DNA from: Acidobacteriota bacterium
GTDB lineage: Bacteria > Acidobacteriota > CAIWXX01
DNA: 64,000 bases
Assembly (NCBI GenBank): GCA_040755995.1
Contig: JBFMAF010000023.1
Span: 96,001-160,000, forward strand
Reading direction: 5' to 3'
Below, piece after piece: positions 1 to 10,445 of this stretch. The position numbers and the translations under genes are program-made. The notes below the pieces were generated by a model that was not told where the DNA came from, did no database searches, and worked only from the letters and a program-made list of their open reading frames with translations. Numbering within the stretch: position 1 is the first letter of the stretch; every line of letters starts with the position of its first letter.

Positions 1-94
1 GGGCCCCGAAGAGCCGCGCTTCGCCGCCTGGCTGCCCGACGCGATCCGGCAGGGTCGCCTTTCCACCTTCCCCACAGTGTCAGCGCGTTCAGCG

Positions 95-937
95 TCACCC
101 AATCGGCTTCCGCATTTCGAAAGTGAACATCCAGCTCATCATCTTGATTCCTGGTACCCGCAGGATGGCCGCGTCTACGGCATCCAGCAGGCCCATTGCC
201 GATGGGAAGAACGCCCCTGCGATGCTGAAGAGGTGCCAGTGGCGGATATCGTTGACCTCGAAGAACCTCCTGGCGAATGCAACATCCTTCATGCTGAGGA
301 TATGCTTCCGTTCCCATTCGGTCCGCATCTCGGGAGTCAGAGCTCTGTACAGCCTGATGAATGGGTTGTACGCCAGGGCTTCGACCGCAAGTACGACCCC
401 GCCCGGTGACAGAATTCTTCTGAGCTCGGGAAGGGCGTAGCTCAGATCGAGATGGTGGAGCATGCCAGAACAGATGCAAACGTCGATGCATCCATCGGGC
501 AGACCCGTGCTCTCGCAATCGCCCTGGAGGAAGAAAGTGCCCTGCTCGAGCCCTTGACTCCTGGCTAGCTCACGAGCGTTGTGGATCGACACATCGCTAA
601 GGTCGAGGCCGATTGACAGCTCCGCTCCAGCACGCGCCGCCTTCAGCGCGTTGTGCGCATTGCCACACGCGTAGTCCAGGAGGACCCTGCCTGGTGAGTT
701 CCTGGCGATCCAATCGTCAACGAAGGCGTTCGACTTTCGGACGGTCCGGTAGTAGCGACTGTTGCCGTGGAGTTCCTGTAGCTTGCGATCGGATAGGTCC
801 TTCCTGGCTGCCTCATCACGGATCCTATTGTGGAACTCCAACTCGTCACGCTTTCTCTGTTCGAGCGCTACCGCGCCGTCTGCAGTCGAGGCCTGTGCCA
901 GCCGTCGGAGGTGCTCCAGCAGGTTTCTCTTATCCAT
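95..937 (-). CDS. Class I SAM-dependent methyltransferase
   Basis: LLDYACGNA and GLDLS SAM-binding motifs, CSGMLHHLD; ATG at 937 chosen over the longer ORF start at 970. Confidence 0.85.
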   Translation of the reverse strand: MDKRNLLEHLRRLAQASTADGAVALEQRKRDELEFHNRIRDEAARKDLSDRKLQELHGNSRYYRTVRKSNAFVDDWIARNSPGRVLLDYACGNAHNALKAARAGAELSIGLDLSDVSIHNARELARSQGLEQGTFFLQGDCESTGLPDGCIDVCICSGMLHHLDLSYALPELRRILSPGGVVLAVEALAYNPFIRLYRALTPEMRTEWERKHILSMKDVAFARRFFEVNDIRHWHLFSIAGAFFPSAMGLLDAVDAAILRVPGIKMMSWMFTFEMRKPIG

Positions 938-1075
938 ACGTATCCCCGCCCGGTCGTCTGTCACACGCACGTGGATTCCGCCTCACCGCCAAGGGAAGCG
1001 GTGTAGGCTCGGCGTCCCCCGGCCCTACGCGGCACACCGGCGTAGCCCCCCCTGAACACGGCACCCTGTCCTGCG

Positions 1076-1849
1076 TCATGGAGCAATCACGGCCGTGGCG
1101 CGCCGTCTCAGAACCAGCGCTGCGAGAAAGCAATTGTCTGCGGTTCTGGCTCGCATGCGCTCCTCCAATCCGGCACACAATCGGTACAGGGGCGGCAAAG
1201 GAGCGAAGAACTGACTCCAGCCCCCGAAGTACCACTCACCGGCCGTCTCGAAACACTCGTCGTACAGCGACCGAACCGCTCCCGTGAACAGCCTGCCATC
1301 CGCGTAGGATCTGCGTCTGAGCCTTCGGTAAGCGCGCGTGAGTCGGCCCGAACGCCCCGTCTCGAAGTTCACGAGGAATCCGCCTTGCCTGATGTTCCTC
1401 GCGATCCAGCGGAGCCACCTTGCGTACTGGCCATCATCCTCGGCGCAGTAAAGCACTGTTTTCACAAAGGCTCCATCGTAGCGGCCCTCCTCGGGTTCAC
1501 GCAGGAATGGGTTGCCAATGTTCAAAACCACCTTGTCACCGAGATGCAACCCCTCCGCATGGTGCCGGGCAGTGGCCGCAGCCCCGGCCGAGATGTCGTG
1601 TCCCGTGACCTGCCATCCGAGCTCAGTCGCCAGGTAGCAGGTCAGGATGCCGTCGCCGTATCCGACTTCCAGGATCTCACTACCGGGTGGGAGCACGCCC
1701 CTCACAGATGGCAGGACCGCTGCAAGAGCCCTCTCCCAAAAAGGCACTGCTCCACCGGCCCGAAGGCCTGCTCGGAGGCTAGGCGATGCCGGGAGCATCC
1801 CCGTAGTCACCCCCTTGAACCGCCTCCAGAGGCGAGACTGCCTCGACAT
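1076..1849 (-). CDS. Class I SAM-dependent methyltransferase
   Basis: ILEVGYGDG and GHDIS motifs; start placed at ATG 1849, just after the upstream stop at 1857 (start uncertain). Confidence 0.75.
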   Translation of the reverse strand: MSRQSRLWRRFKGVTTGMLPASPSLRAGLRAGGAVPFWERALAAVLPSVRGVLPPGSEILEVGYGDGILTCYLATELGWQVTGHDISAGAAATARHHAEGLHLGDKVVLNIGNPFLREPEEGRYDGAFVKTVLYCAEDDGQYARWLRWIARNIRQGGFLVNFETGRSGRLTRAYRRLRRRSYADGRLFTGAVRSLYDECFETAGEWYFGGWSQFFAPLPPLYRLCAGLEERMRARTADNCFLAALVLRRRATAVIAP

Positions 1850-1856
1850 GGGGACA

Positions 1857-3218
1857 CTATTCGTCCCTCCCAGCAGTTCGTACTGGACCTGCACGCTCAA
1901 CGAGGGCGCGGCCCGACATGGCCACATCACGGCAGCTTCCTCCTGGCTCTTCATGATGCGAGAGGTGGCCGAGCACGAAGAGCGCGTACCTCTCGGAGAT
2001 CTGATCCCGGTCGAACATCTGAGCGAACGTCCGTCCGGAATTCGCGATAGTATCTTGAAGCAGGCCGGGATTGGCAATCAGCTGTTCGATGAGGTCGGCC
2101 AGCCGCTCGGGTCTCCTTGGCGGCACATTCCATCCGATCCTGTGCCGGAAGATGAGGTCCGAGCACTCGCCTGACACGTTGTTGATGAGAGCGAGATCGG
2201 CCGAGAGGTACTCGAAGAACTTGTTGCCGAGCCAGTAGCGAGCCAATCCCTCCTGCAACAGAATCAGCCCGACATGGGACTTCACCAGCCACTCGCGGTT
2301 GTTGATCCATCCTGGGAACAGAACCGTGCCAAGCCCCGAAGCCAGCTTCATCCATCGCGAACGCATTTCTCCGTTGCCAGTGATGACGAATCGAGCACGA
2401 CGTTCCCCCCTCATCTCGAGAATGCGGGCGGCCTGAATCAGGCTGATGCCATCGTAGCTCCTCCCGCAGGTGGTCGCAAATAGACATACAAGAGGCTGGG
2501 CTTCGGAGAAGTGGCTGGGCAGAGAGAAAGCGCGTGCCGCAACCGGCTTCGGATATCCAATGTGGAAGACAGAATCGAAATCGTTGGGCGCACGGCCGGC
2601 GTAACCCAGCCCCCATCGCAGCATCGCGTCGGAAACCGATACGATTCCGCGAGATGCGCGAGTGACAAACCGTATCTTCTTCCGGTAGTACCAGAGCAGC
2701 GGCCAGAGCGCCCAACGCATCGCGCGGGGGAAGTAGTCCGGAAATAAGTCCGGCCATGTGTCCCTGATGTCCACGACGAAAGGCACCCGGTGCCTGAGGG
2801 CAGTAAGGAGGCCGGCTTCGCACAACTCCGGAGAAGGGTAGGACCCCAGGATCAGGCTTGGAGGGGGAACTGACTCAGTCATCCGTGAGTATGCCGCGGC
2901 GAGAGATCGATAGTGACGGATCCGGGCCAGGGATAGGTTCTTTGCGTACGGCGGACCATTGAGGAGGAAGATAGAGTAGCCGCGATCAAGCTGGACCGGG
3001 TTCTCACGGACCTGATGGTACTGCTTGAGCCGATGGTCGAATGCAGAGGCCCACCATTTGACGGAGACGCCCAACTCACGGAGTTTGCTCGCAAGGTGAG
3101 CGGTCCGCATAACGGGGGCGCCGCCATCGAATGGCAACGGCTCACCGTCTTGTAGGAGCCAGATCTCGGGGTTCTTGGTCTCCAGGCCCGGCCCCCTCCT
3201 GATAGCGTCCCGTGCCAC
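1857..3218 (-). CDS. Glycosyltransferase family 4
   Basis: VDIRDTWPD and LGNKFFEYL motifs typical of GT4; operon context. Confidence 0.85.
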   Translation of the reverse strand: MARDAIRRGPGLETKNPEIWLLQDGEPLPFDGGAPVMRTAHLASKLRELGVSVKWWASAFDHRLKQYHQVRENPVQLDRGYSIFLLNGPPYAKNLSLARIRHYRSLAAAYSRMTESVPPPSLILGSYPSPELCEAGLLTALRHRVPFVVDIRDTWPDLFPDYFPRAMRWALWPLLWYYRKKIRFVTRASRGIVSVSDAMLRWGLGYAGRAPNDFDSVFHIGYPKPVAARAFSLPSHFSEAQPLVCLFATTCGRSYDGISLIQAARILEMRGERRARFVITGNGEMRSRWMKLASGLGTVLFPGWINNREWLVKSHVGLILLQEGLARYWLGNKFFEYLSADLALINNVSGECSDLIFRHRIGWNVPPRRPERLADLIEQLIANPGLLQDTIANSGRTFAQMFDRDQISERYALFVLGHLSHHEEPGGSCRDVAMSGRALVERAGPVRTAGRDE

Positions 3219-3346
3219 TGGCCTACCCTAGCGAGGCCATGCCTTCGCGGACCCCCACGGCTGACAGGGCCGTGGCAGCCCCATAACGCGCCGTTTGTAA
3301 CACACGCCAATTGAACCACGGTAGCCCAGGGCTCTCACGTGGGTTC

Positions 3347-4762
3347 TCAACCGTTCCACTCCCTAGCCACGAACCTGAACTTCCCAGCCTTGGTTCGTTG
3401 GATAGCCTGCACCAACTCGACCCGCACTGCCATCTCGTGTCCGAGGATACGTTGTAGATCGTCTACTATGCCAGCTTCGTCCTTCGCATCGAATGCCGAC
3501 TCCGGGACCACCCGCACTACTACCTGCTCGGGACCAGTCTGCGCAACTTGGCTCTCACGGATGTTGAGTACGGCCGCCTTGTCAAAGAGCAGCGTCAGGG
3601 CGGTCGGCGGGATCTGGCGTCCAGAGGGAGTCACTATGATGTCGAGCACCCGGCCCTCAAGCGAGCGGACCACGCGGCTGCCACGCCCACACTCGCAGAA
3701 GACGTCGGATGCCACCGCGAGGTCACTTGTCGCGTATCTTATGAGGGGCATGCCAAGACAATGGAAGCTGGTTCCGACGATCTGCCCTTGCTCCCCCTCC
3801 CCTGCGGGCGTCCCGTTATCCTTGATGATCTCGAAGTACCCGAACTCCTCACTCACGTGCAGACTTCCATCTGGGCATTCACCGGCCCAGCAGACCCCCT
3901 CTGACAGGCCGTATTGGCAATGTACCGGGCAACGGAACGCATTTCTGATGGTCTCCTTCTGATAGGGGAAGAGGGTCTCGGAGTATGTCGCGATGGAGCG
4001 AGGGGAGTGAACTGACGCCCCGGAATCGTGGATGAATCGCGTCAACGTGTACAATGAGGATACGTACCCATCGATGTGCACCGGGCGATATGCGTTGATC
4101 CTGTCGATGTAACTCTGCGCGGTCCTTCGCGAGACATGGAATGATGACATGAGTAGCTGGCGCTCCGCCGCGTTGTATCTCCAGAACGGCGGTGTTGTCC
4201 GATCGGGGTGGACGAAGATGCGGCCGTTGAATGTCACACGAGGTTCGCCGACCGCGAAGCCACACCATTTCCGAAATCGAGTCCACTGCGCCCAGTCGGC
4301 AACGATGTGCTCTGACTGCAGGTAGATCTTGAGCGGCGAGCTTGTTGTGCCACTCGTGAAGCACGGGAGCAGCTTGCGTTGCGGAACGCTTCTCGCGACC
4401 ATGCGCGCTCCGTTCTTGCGTATGTCATCTCTAGACATAAGCGGAACGGAGCGGAACTCCTGGGGGCCCCAATCGGAGTAAGGCCTGAACCCGACACGAT
4501 CGAACAACTCGTGATAGTACTCCGTCTGCTCATATGCCCAAAGAACAACGCGGCGCAGTCGCTCGAGGGATAGACGTTGGAGCTCCGCCCGTGTGAGCCA
4601 CTGGGACTCCTCGAGCTCAGCGCAAAGCCGAGAGTAGAGAGGCTCCCGGTACCTGAGCCGATGGAGTTGCGCGCCCTTGAGCGAGACGAGCGCGTTCTGG
4701 AGAGAAACCGGGCAGGCGAGATATAGCCGCCGTGCGACAGTAGTCTCAGCCACGTCGATCAC
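3347..4762 (-). CDS. Phenylacetate-CoA ligase-like (CapK-type) adenylate-forming protein
   Basis: TSGTTSSP P-loop, YGLSE, MPLIRYATSD, LEGRVLD, GKFRFV. Confidence 0.88.
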   Translation of the reverse strand: MIDVAETTVARRLYLACPVSLQNALVSLKGAQLHRLRYREPLYSRLCAELEESQWLTRAELQRLSLERLRRVVLWAYEQTEYYHELFDRVGFRPYSDWGPQEFRSVPLMSRDDIRKNGARMVARSVPQRKLLPCFTSGTTSSPLKIYLQSEHIVADWAQWTRFRKWCGFAVGEPRVTFNGRIFVHPDRTTPPFWRYNAAERQLLMSSFHVSRRTAQSYIDRINAYRPVHIDGYVSSLYTLTRFIHDSGASVHSPRSIATYSETLFPYQKETIRNAFRCPVHCQYGLSEGVCWAGECPDGSLHVSEEFGYFEIIKDNGTPAGEGEQGQIVGTSFHCLGMPLIRYATSDLAVASDVFCECGRGSRVVRSLEGRVLDIIVTPSGRQIPPTALTLLFDKAAVLNIRESQVAQTGPEQVVVRVVPESAFDAKDEAGIVDDLQRILGHEMAVRVELVQAIQRTKAGKFRFVAREWNG

Positions 4763-4822
4763 TTCGATCCCCCGCCGCCCACGGAAGCACGCGGCTGCAA
4801 TGGCTCCATCGCCCCGTCCCGC

Positions 4823-5920
4823 TCAACTTTGCAGATGCTGGCATCCACTTCCAGAGTCGATCTCTTCGATCAGCCGCTTCCATGCGTCTGCCAGGACTCC
4901 AATATCAAAGCTGTCCGCTTTGAGCCTCGCGTTAGTAGAAAGGCGTCTAGCAGCCTCAGGTTGTCTGAGTATCTCTCGGCACGCATTCGCCATGGCCTCC
5001 GGATTGCCCGGTGGAACAAGCAACCCGTGCACCCTGTGCTCAACCAGAGCAGGTACTCCCCCGACGTCAGTACTCACGACACACATCCCCATCGCCAGGG
5101 CTTCGATCACGCTGACAGGTGTGTTGTCGCAATCCGTCGTATTCAAGAATATGTCATATGCGAGGCCGAGTTCCTTGATCCTTTCCTTGGTAACCTTGCC
5201 CGGTATCTCGATCGCCTCAGCCACGCCCAGGCTCCTCGCAAGTGACTGTGTGGCCTGCAAGCTGCCATCGCCATTGTCGGGGCCGCACATGACCAGCCTG
5301 ACGGCCGGAAACTCCGTCCTCAGGATGTGAATCACGCGAACTGCCAGCTGGGGGTTGTAGCACACATCGAAGGCGCGCACCCAGAGAAGCGATTCTCGAG
5401 CCTGCTCTCTCAACCGGTATGGATACGACGAGATCGGAAGCTCATAGGGCATGAGCCCGATGGCGAACCGCCCGGCAAGACGCCCTTTGAGGTAATTCGA
5501 CGGTGCGAGTATGCGAATCGCTCTCCGGAAGGTGAACTCAAGCAGGCGCGGATGCCTGCGAGAGTAAGCCGGTAGGTCACCACCATGCAACCATAGTATG
5601 AGAGGCTTGCCCAAGACCCGGGCAACGAAGGCTGAAGAGAGAGCCCACAGGAATGCGTTGCCACTGTACACGTGAATGATGACCACCCGGAAGCGGCGCC
5701 TTTGCCTGCAAAGGGTCCAGATCATGTCCAGGGGGCGAAGAATCCTAGATGTGTGGTGAGAAGCGCAGACTGATTCTATGCCCAACGTCGCAAGAGTCCC
5801 CTTCAGAGTGTCGGCATTGGTGGGGGTGCGGGAGGTCTTCGCGTGGAACGCTCCGATCTGGCAGACAGTGACGCTTCGATGTTGCTGGTCAAACACGGGT
5901 ATTGTGTCGGGCGCTATCAT
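4823..5920 (-). CDS. Glycosyltransferase family 4
   Basis: DNTPVSVIEALAMGMCVVSTDVGGVP GT-B motif. Confidence 0.88.
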   Translation of the reverse strand: MIAPDTIPVFDQQHRSVTVCQIGAFHAKTSRTPTNADTLKGTLATLGIESVCASHHTSRILRPLDMIWTLCRQRRRFRVVIIHVYSGNAFLWALSSAFVARVLGKPLILWLHGGDLPAYSRRHPRLLEFTFRRAIRILAPSNYLKGRLAGRFAIGLMPYELPISSYPYRLREQARESLLWVRAFDVCYNPQLAVRVIHILRTEFPAVRLVMCGPDNGDGSLQATQSLARSLGVAEAIEIPGKVTKERIKELGLAYDIFLNTTDCDNTPVSVIEALAMGMCVVSTDVGGVPALVEHRVHGLLVPPGNPEAMANACREILRQPEAARRLSTNARLKADSFDIGVLADAWKRLIEEIDSGSGCQHLQS

Positions 5921-7280
5921 TTTCGGGCAGGCGGCGTCTCGGCGATCTCGGATCGCTGGTCCAGATCAGGCCATAGGTGAAACTTGGCGCAAGCGTCCGT
6001 GTTGCGGACTGCATCCAGTATCCACATGTGTAGGCCATCGCAGCAACCACCCATGTTCGCCATCCCTCAGCGTCTGCCAGACGGTAATTCCGGATGAACC
6101 CTCCGAAGAAGAGCAAGATGGCGGCAACCCCGAAAATGCCGTGTTCGGCGAGAAGACGACTGAACTCGACGTGTGCCATAAGGCTATGACCCAGATAGGC
6201 TGCCACTTCCTCTCTCGCGACGCCGGGTCCCACGCCCATCAGCGGGTGCTCCATCCAGACAAGTATCTCGCTCTTGGCCAATTCCCAACGGTCAGTTCTC
6301 AGATTGGAGTAACGCCTCTGCACCGCGCCCGACGCGACCCGATCTGCCGTTGGCCATGCCACCCTCAACAGAACCACCGCCATCAAGATGAACATAGCCA
6401 GGAATTGGAGTCTTTGACCCTGAGCTCTGAGCTTCACAAGACTGACTGCCGCCACGGCCAAGCAGAACGTGTAGAACCCGCCCCTGGACAGAGTCAGCAG
6501 CATCACGATGATCTGAACGAGGAGAAGGCCGAAGAGAAAAACTCGTTCCATGAACGCGAGTTTCCTCCCCAACAGCAGCATCCAACACAGAAGTGCGCCA
6601 AGTGCAAGCGTGTTCGCGACCTGGTTCGGCCCACCTCCTCCAGAGGCCTCTCGGTTCGACGTCGCCCCGAACTGGATATCCTCGCCGAGTATCACCAGGT
6701 TGCGCACACAAAGCGTAACGGTACCGGCGATCGGTCCTATCACCGAATACGCCACCCGTCGAAGCGCGCGTGGATCAAGCGTGTAGGCGGAGAAAAGGAG
6801 CGCGGACAAGGCCATGCTGATGGGGCCAGCCAGGGTGGCTATGGCACGCGATCTGACCATGTGGAAGTCGAGCTCCCCACCCAACAGTGCCGCCAGTGAG
6901 GGCAGAAGTAGAACGGCGTACCACAGTGGGATCATCGGCATCGTGCCGCGTTGGCCACGGTGCGTGAGTACCCGGATGAGAGAAATCACGATCACGCCGG
7001 ACTTGCAGAACTCCCAGCCAAGGACTTCGGTTGTCCCCACCGTACGCCACATCCGCTCCGAGCCGGTCATGTACGCGACGGCAAGCAGTGGAACGAGGCT
7101 CGCGCCACTCGCTCGCAGGCTGGCGAGTGAACCAATGGCCAAGATGCACAGGGCCATGACAGCGCCGACTGAGGGCGTCGAGCTGACCCAGAGCGCAAGA
7201 GGCACATGGCCCAGTGTGAAAAGGGGGCCCATCCACCAGCGATCCGCGAGACGGTCGAGCCTACCATTGTGTTGCCCCAT
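5889..7280 (-). CDS. O-antigen ligase / Wzy polymerase family membrane protein
   Basis: Multiple hydrophobic helices; TLSRGG, HPLMGVGPG, AHVEFSRLLAEHG; start uncertain (ORF extends to 7424). Confidence 0.8.
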   Translation of the reverse strand: MGQHNGRLDRLADRWWMGPLFTLGHVPLALWVSSTPSVGAVMALCILAIGSLASLRASGASLVPLLAVAYMTGSERMWRTVGTTEVLGWEFCKSGVIVISLIRVLTHRGQRGTMPMIPLWYAVLLLPSLAALLGGELDFHMVRSRAIATLAGPISMALSALLFSAYTLDPRALRRVAYSVIGPIAGTVTLCVRNLVILGEDIQFGATSNREASGGGGPNQVANTLALGALLCWMLLLGRKLAFMERVFLFGLLLVQIIVMLLTLSRGGFYTFCLAVAAVSLVKLRAQGQRLQFLAMFILMAVVLLRVAWPTADRVASGAVQRRYSNLRTDRWELAKSEILVWMEHPLMGVGPGVAREEVAAYLGHSLMAHVEFSRLLAEHGIFGVAAILLFFGGFIRNYRLADAEGWRTWVVAAMAYTCGYWMQSATRTLAPSFTYGLIWTSDPRSPRRRLPENDSARHNTRV

Positions 7281-7371
7281 AGCGTGGATGTCCCCTCGAC
7301 GCGACCCCCAGCGGTCCGCACCTTGGTCCGATCGCGCAGGGACCCCTTCGCTCGCGAGAGGTATGGATTCT

Positions 7372-8418
7372 CTACTCAATGGTGTCGTTATCGCTGTCTG
7401 CCAGGGACCAGTGGCACTCTGCATTGCCGACCAGCTTCATCAGCTCGGGCTCGTTCGTCCACCACCGCAGTCGCGTGGAGGTCCGCGCAATGTACCCGAG
7501 ACGCAGGAAGGCGGCGCGAAGGGCGGGGCTAGCCACCAGGACGGTGACGCACGCTGCACCAACGTGGACGGAGTAAGCACCAATTGCCCGTGCCAGGCGC
7601 ATCACACCCTGCTGATCCGCGAGATCGCCAAAAATATCGAGCACGCGTACCACGAGTGTCCGGGCACGCGAGAACACGCGCAGAATCGCTGTTGGAGCCT
7701 GACAGCGCGAACTCGTCGCCTGGATGCAGGCACATTCATTTCGCCAGGGGGACTGGAGGTACCGCCAATCAAAGTGCGCCGCTGATCGATGGACGGTCAG
7801 GAGCCGCTTTGGGAGGACTGCCGCCCTTTCAGCCATGTCAACCGGTTCTACTGGAGTCCGAACTGACGGAGGCCCCCACAGACTCAATCCTGTGCGCGCC
7901 AGGAATGCCACTGGTTCGCACATGGCCGCCCCCAGGTGGAGTGGGGCCCGCGCCCACCCAGTGACGCTCGCAAGGGCCGGAATGCGGCGAGGTCTCAGCG
8001 GCAGCATCATCACTTCCAAATCCTCTCGTACACCCCACCCATGCCTGCGATGGATAGCCGCGGCGACCTGGTTGGGAAAACCGAGGTGAAGTCCCGGGAG
8101 GGAACGCGCGAAGTCGTCGGTGAGTCTCTGGATCCCTAGACCGCGCAGTTCTGGTGGTACGAACAGATCCATCCACCATCGTGCGCGAACCACTTCACCT
8201 GCCACGATGACGCTCGTCGGTATCGAGGCGAAGTAGGCGACAATTCTTCCATTCGCTACCACAGCGAAGCGGTTCTGATTGCCGCGGTGCCTCCACCCGC
8301 CGTGCTGGCGCAGGAATTCTCGTTTCCGACGGTCAAAACACCGGCCGATAAAGGCATCCAGTTCATCTTCCTCAATCTCCGAGACGGGGAGGACATCGCC
8401 AGAGCATGTGCAACTCAT
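7372..8418 (-). CDS. GNAT-family N-acetyltransferase
   Basis: MDLFVPPELRGLGI acetyl-CoA-binding motif, GFPN, FDWRY. Confidence 0.7.
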   Translation of the reverse strand: MSCTCSGDVLPVSEIEEDELDAFIGRCFDRRKREFLRQHGGWRHRGNQNRFAVVANGRIVAYFASIPTSVIVAGEVVRARWWMDLFVPPELRGLGIQRLTDDFARSLPGLHLGFPNQVAAAIHRRHGWGVREDLEVMMLPLRPRRIPALASVTGWARAPLHLGAAMCEPVAFLARTGLSLWGPPSVRTPVEPVDMAERAAVLPKRLLTVHRSAAHFDWRYLQSPWRNECACIQATSSRCQAPTAILRVFSRARTLVVRVLDIFGDLADQQGVMRLARAIGAYSVHVGAACVTVLVASPALRAAFLRLGYIARTSTRLRWWTNEPELMKLVGNAECHWSLADSDNDTIE

Positions 8419-9596
8419 ATGGGGCCCTCGAGACTCTCTGCATACACGGCCTCAATCTCGCGAGCCATTCGCTCGCAGCCAAACCTGCGTGCGACCGTCT
8501 GCCTTCCGCGCTCGCCGATCGAGCGTGCAAGGGCGGCATCGTCCAGCAGGCGCAGGATCGCACTGGCGAGCCCGTTCACGTCACCGCGCTCCACGAGGAA
8601 GCCATTCTCACCGTTCACGATGACGGTGTCGAGGTCGCCGACGCGCATTGCCACGACAGGGACTCGAGCTGCCATGGCCTCAAGCACCACGTTCGGCATG
8701 CCCTCGGTGATCGAGGTATGCACGAGCACGGAGAAAGCAGGCATCAGCCGCGACGCGTGAGATATCCCTTCGAGCAGCTGGACACGTCCGCTCAGCCCCA
8801 ACTCCCCAACGCGCCGTTGGATGCCGTCACGGATAGACTCGTCGCCCGGGAGTGCCCGACCGATCATGACACCACGTGCCGTGGGCACTGCGCCAATCAC
8901 CATCCCCATGACATCCACGAACAGTAGATGGTTCTTCCATGGTCGCAGGTTTCCAACGTTGGCGACGACCGGGTCGTCGCCAACGATCCCGTACGCCGCC
9001 AACGCATCCCGTGCGACACTCCGGCCCGATTCCGGCAGCAGTTCGACCCCGTTGGCCACATGACGTAAGCGGCTCTCCGGCACCCCGAACGAACGAAGTC
9101 GGGCAGCGGCAACGCTGCTGTTAACCACGATAGTGTCCACCAGCCGCCAAGATACCCACCCCATGGACAAAGCACGACGGGGCGCGGTCATGGAGCCCGG
9201 TTCGTTGCGCATGGACCCCAATCGTACCGGCACGCGCGAAATCCTGCCCGCGAGGCCGGCATAGGGGTTCGAGTAGGAGCTCCAGGAATGGATTACCTGC
9301 GCCTGCAGGCGGCGGGTGAGTCGTACCAAGGAGTACACTCGCCGGAGGGCACTTGAGCTCGTCGCGTGAACAACGGTTGCCCCTGCGTCCAGGAGCAGGT
9401 CGTCGATAGTGTCACCGTCGCGCGGATTGAGCACCGCGACCGCGTACTCGAACCTCTCTCGATCCCTGTACTTCACCAAGTGGACGAGCTGCCGCTCGGC
9501 GCCGCCCACCCCATTCTGCCCGATTATGACGAGCACGCGGATCCGATCGCTTATCACGGAATTCACCCTCAGCTTGGCTGCCCACCGTTTGCCCAC
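8415..9596 (-). CDS. Glycosyltransferase family 4
   Basis: GGAERQL N-terminus, EGMPNVVLEAMA. Confidence 0.9.
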   Translation of the reverse strand: MGKRWAAKLRVNSVISDRIRVLVIIGQNGVGGAERQLVHLVKYRDRERFEYAVAVLNPRDGDTIDDLLLDAGATVVHATSSSALRRVYSLVRLTRRLQAQVIHSWSSYSNPYAGLAGRISRVPVRLGSMRNEPGSMTAPRRALSMGWVSWRLVDTIVVNSSVAAARLRSFGVPESRLRHVANGVELLPESGRSVARDALAAYGIVGDDPVVANVGNLRPWKNHLLFVDVMGMVIGAVPTARGVMIGRALPGDESIRDGIQRRVGELGLSGRVQLLEGISHASRLMPAFSVLVHTSITEGMPNVVLEAMAARVPVVAMRVGDLDTVIVNGENGFLVERGDVNGLASAILRLLDDAALARSIGERGRQTVARRFGCERMAREIEAVYAESLEGPI

Positions 9597-10438
9597 TCCC
9601 TGCCGCTAAGGGGGCGATGAAGTAGGCCGCTGAGTTTCAGGTGCAAGTAGCTAGCGTGCCAATCGTAGATCCCCAGCCTCGGTATTTCGAATTTCGGTCG
9701 GCCGACTCCCAGCCTCTTGACCGCGAAGGCGTGGGTGTAACCGGCCGCTTCGACGGCGCCTATGACACGCGCATCGTATTCGCCGCTCGGGTAGGCGAAC
9801 AGGTCGACCTTGGTCGCACACGTTTCCTCGAGCTCGCGCCGGCTCGTCTTCAGCTGGATATCTAGGTCTCGATCGCTGCAAGCAGTCAGGAGCGCGTGCG
9901 AGACCGAATGCCCTCCGATCGTGACCAGGGGGTGGCGGGCCAACGCCACGAGCTGATCCCTTGACAGGCCATCGAAGAGGTCCCGAGCCACCTCTCGGGG
10001 CACGTCACGCGGCTCGGCCCACTGGGCACGCGCCTTCAGCCTGGAGAACGGGAGCCAGTCGCCGGGGTCACGTACGTGTTGCGTAGCGACAAAGAAGAGC
10101 GCCGGTGCCTGTATCTCCTCTAACACTGGCAGGGCGTTGGTGAAGTTGTTCGCGAGCCCGTCGTCGAAAGTGAGTAGGACACCGGGTTCGTCGGTGGCGA
10201 AGAATTCCGGGGGCGAGAGAAATCGAAACCTGCTTCCCACCCAAAGTAGCACCGAGCGCAGCCCATCCCTCGGAATGCCCGCCTGGCTGAGCGGTGCAAT
10301 CCCACGGTAGCGGCGCGTTGGGATTCCATGGAAGAGCAGCACAAACCTCGCGTTCCTTGGCAGGAGTCTCCTGCCCAGACCCCCTATTCCCAAGATCGCC
10401 GCGCCCACGGCAGCCAGGCGCTTCAAGGCCCTCCCCAT
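9569..10438 (-). CDS. Polysaccharide deacetylase (CE4/NodB)
   Basis: LTFDDG, GHSVSH, FAYPSG motifs; ATG at 10438. Confidence 0.88.
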   Translation of the reverse strand: MGRALKRLAAVGAAILGIGGLGRRLLPRNARFVLLFHGIPTRRYRGIAPLSQAGIPRDGLRSVLLWVGSRFRFLSPPEFFATDEPGVLLTFDDGLANNFTNALPVLEEIQAPALFFVATQHVRDPGDWLPFSRLKARAQWAEPRDVPREVARDLFDGLSRDQLVALARHPLVTIGGHSVSHALLTACSDRDLDIQLKTSRRELEETCATKVDLFAYPSGEYDARVIGAVEAAGYTHAFAVKRLGVGRPKFEIPRLGIYDWHASYLHLKLSGLLHRPLSGREWANGGQPS

Positions 10439-10445
10439 GCTGGTC

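Noticed and set aside
1..94. Partial CDS at the left edge
   Set aside because: Too short to assign frame or function
990..3345. Degenerate GTAG-type palindromes at ~1003-1060 and ~3253-3345
   Set aside because: Possibly decayed REP or IS200/IS605-type ends, but too imperfect to call
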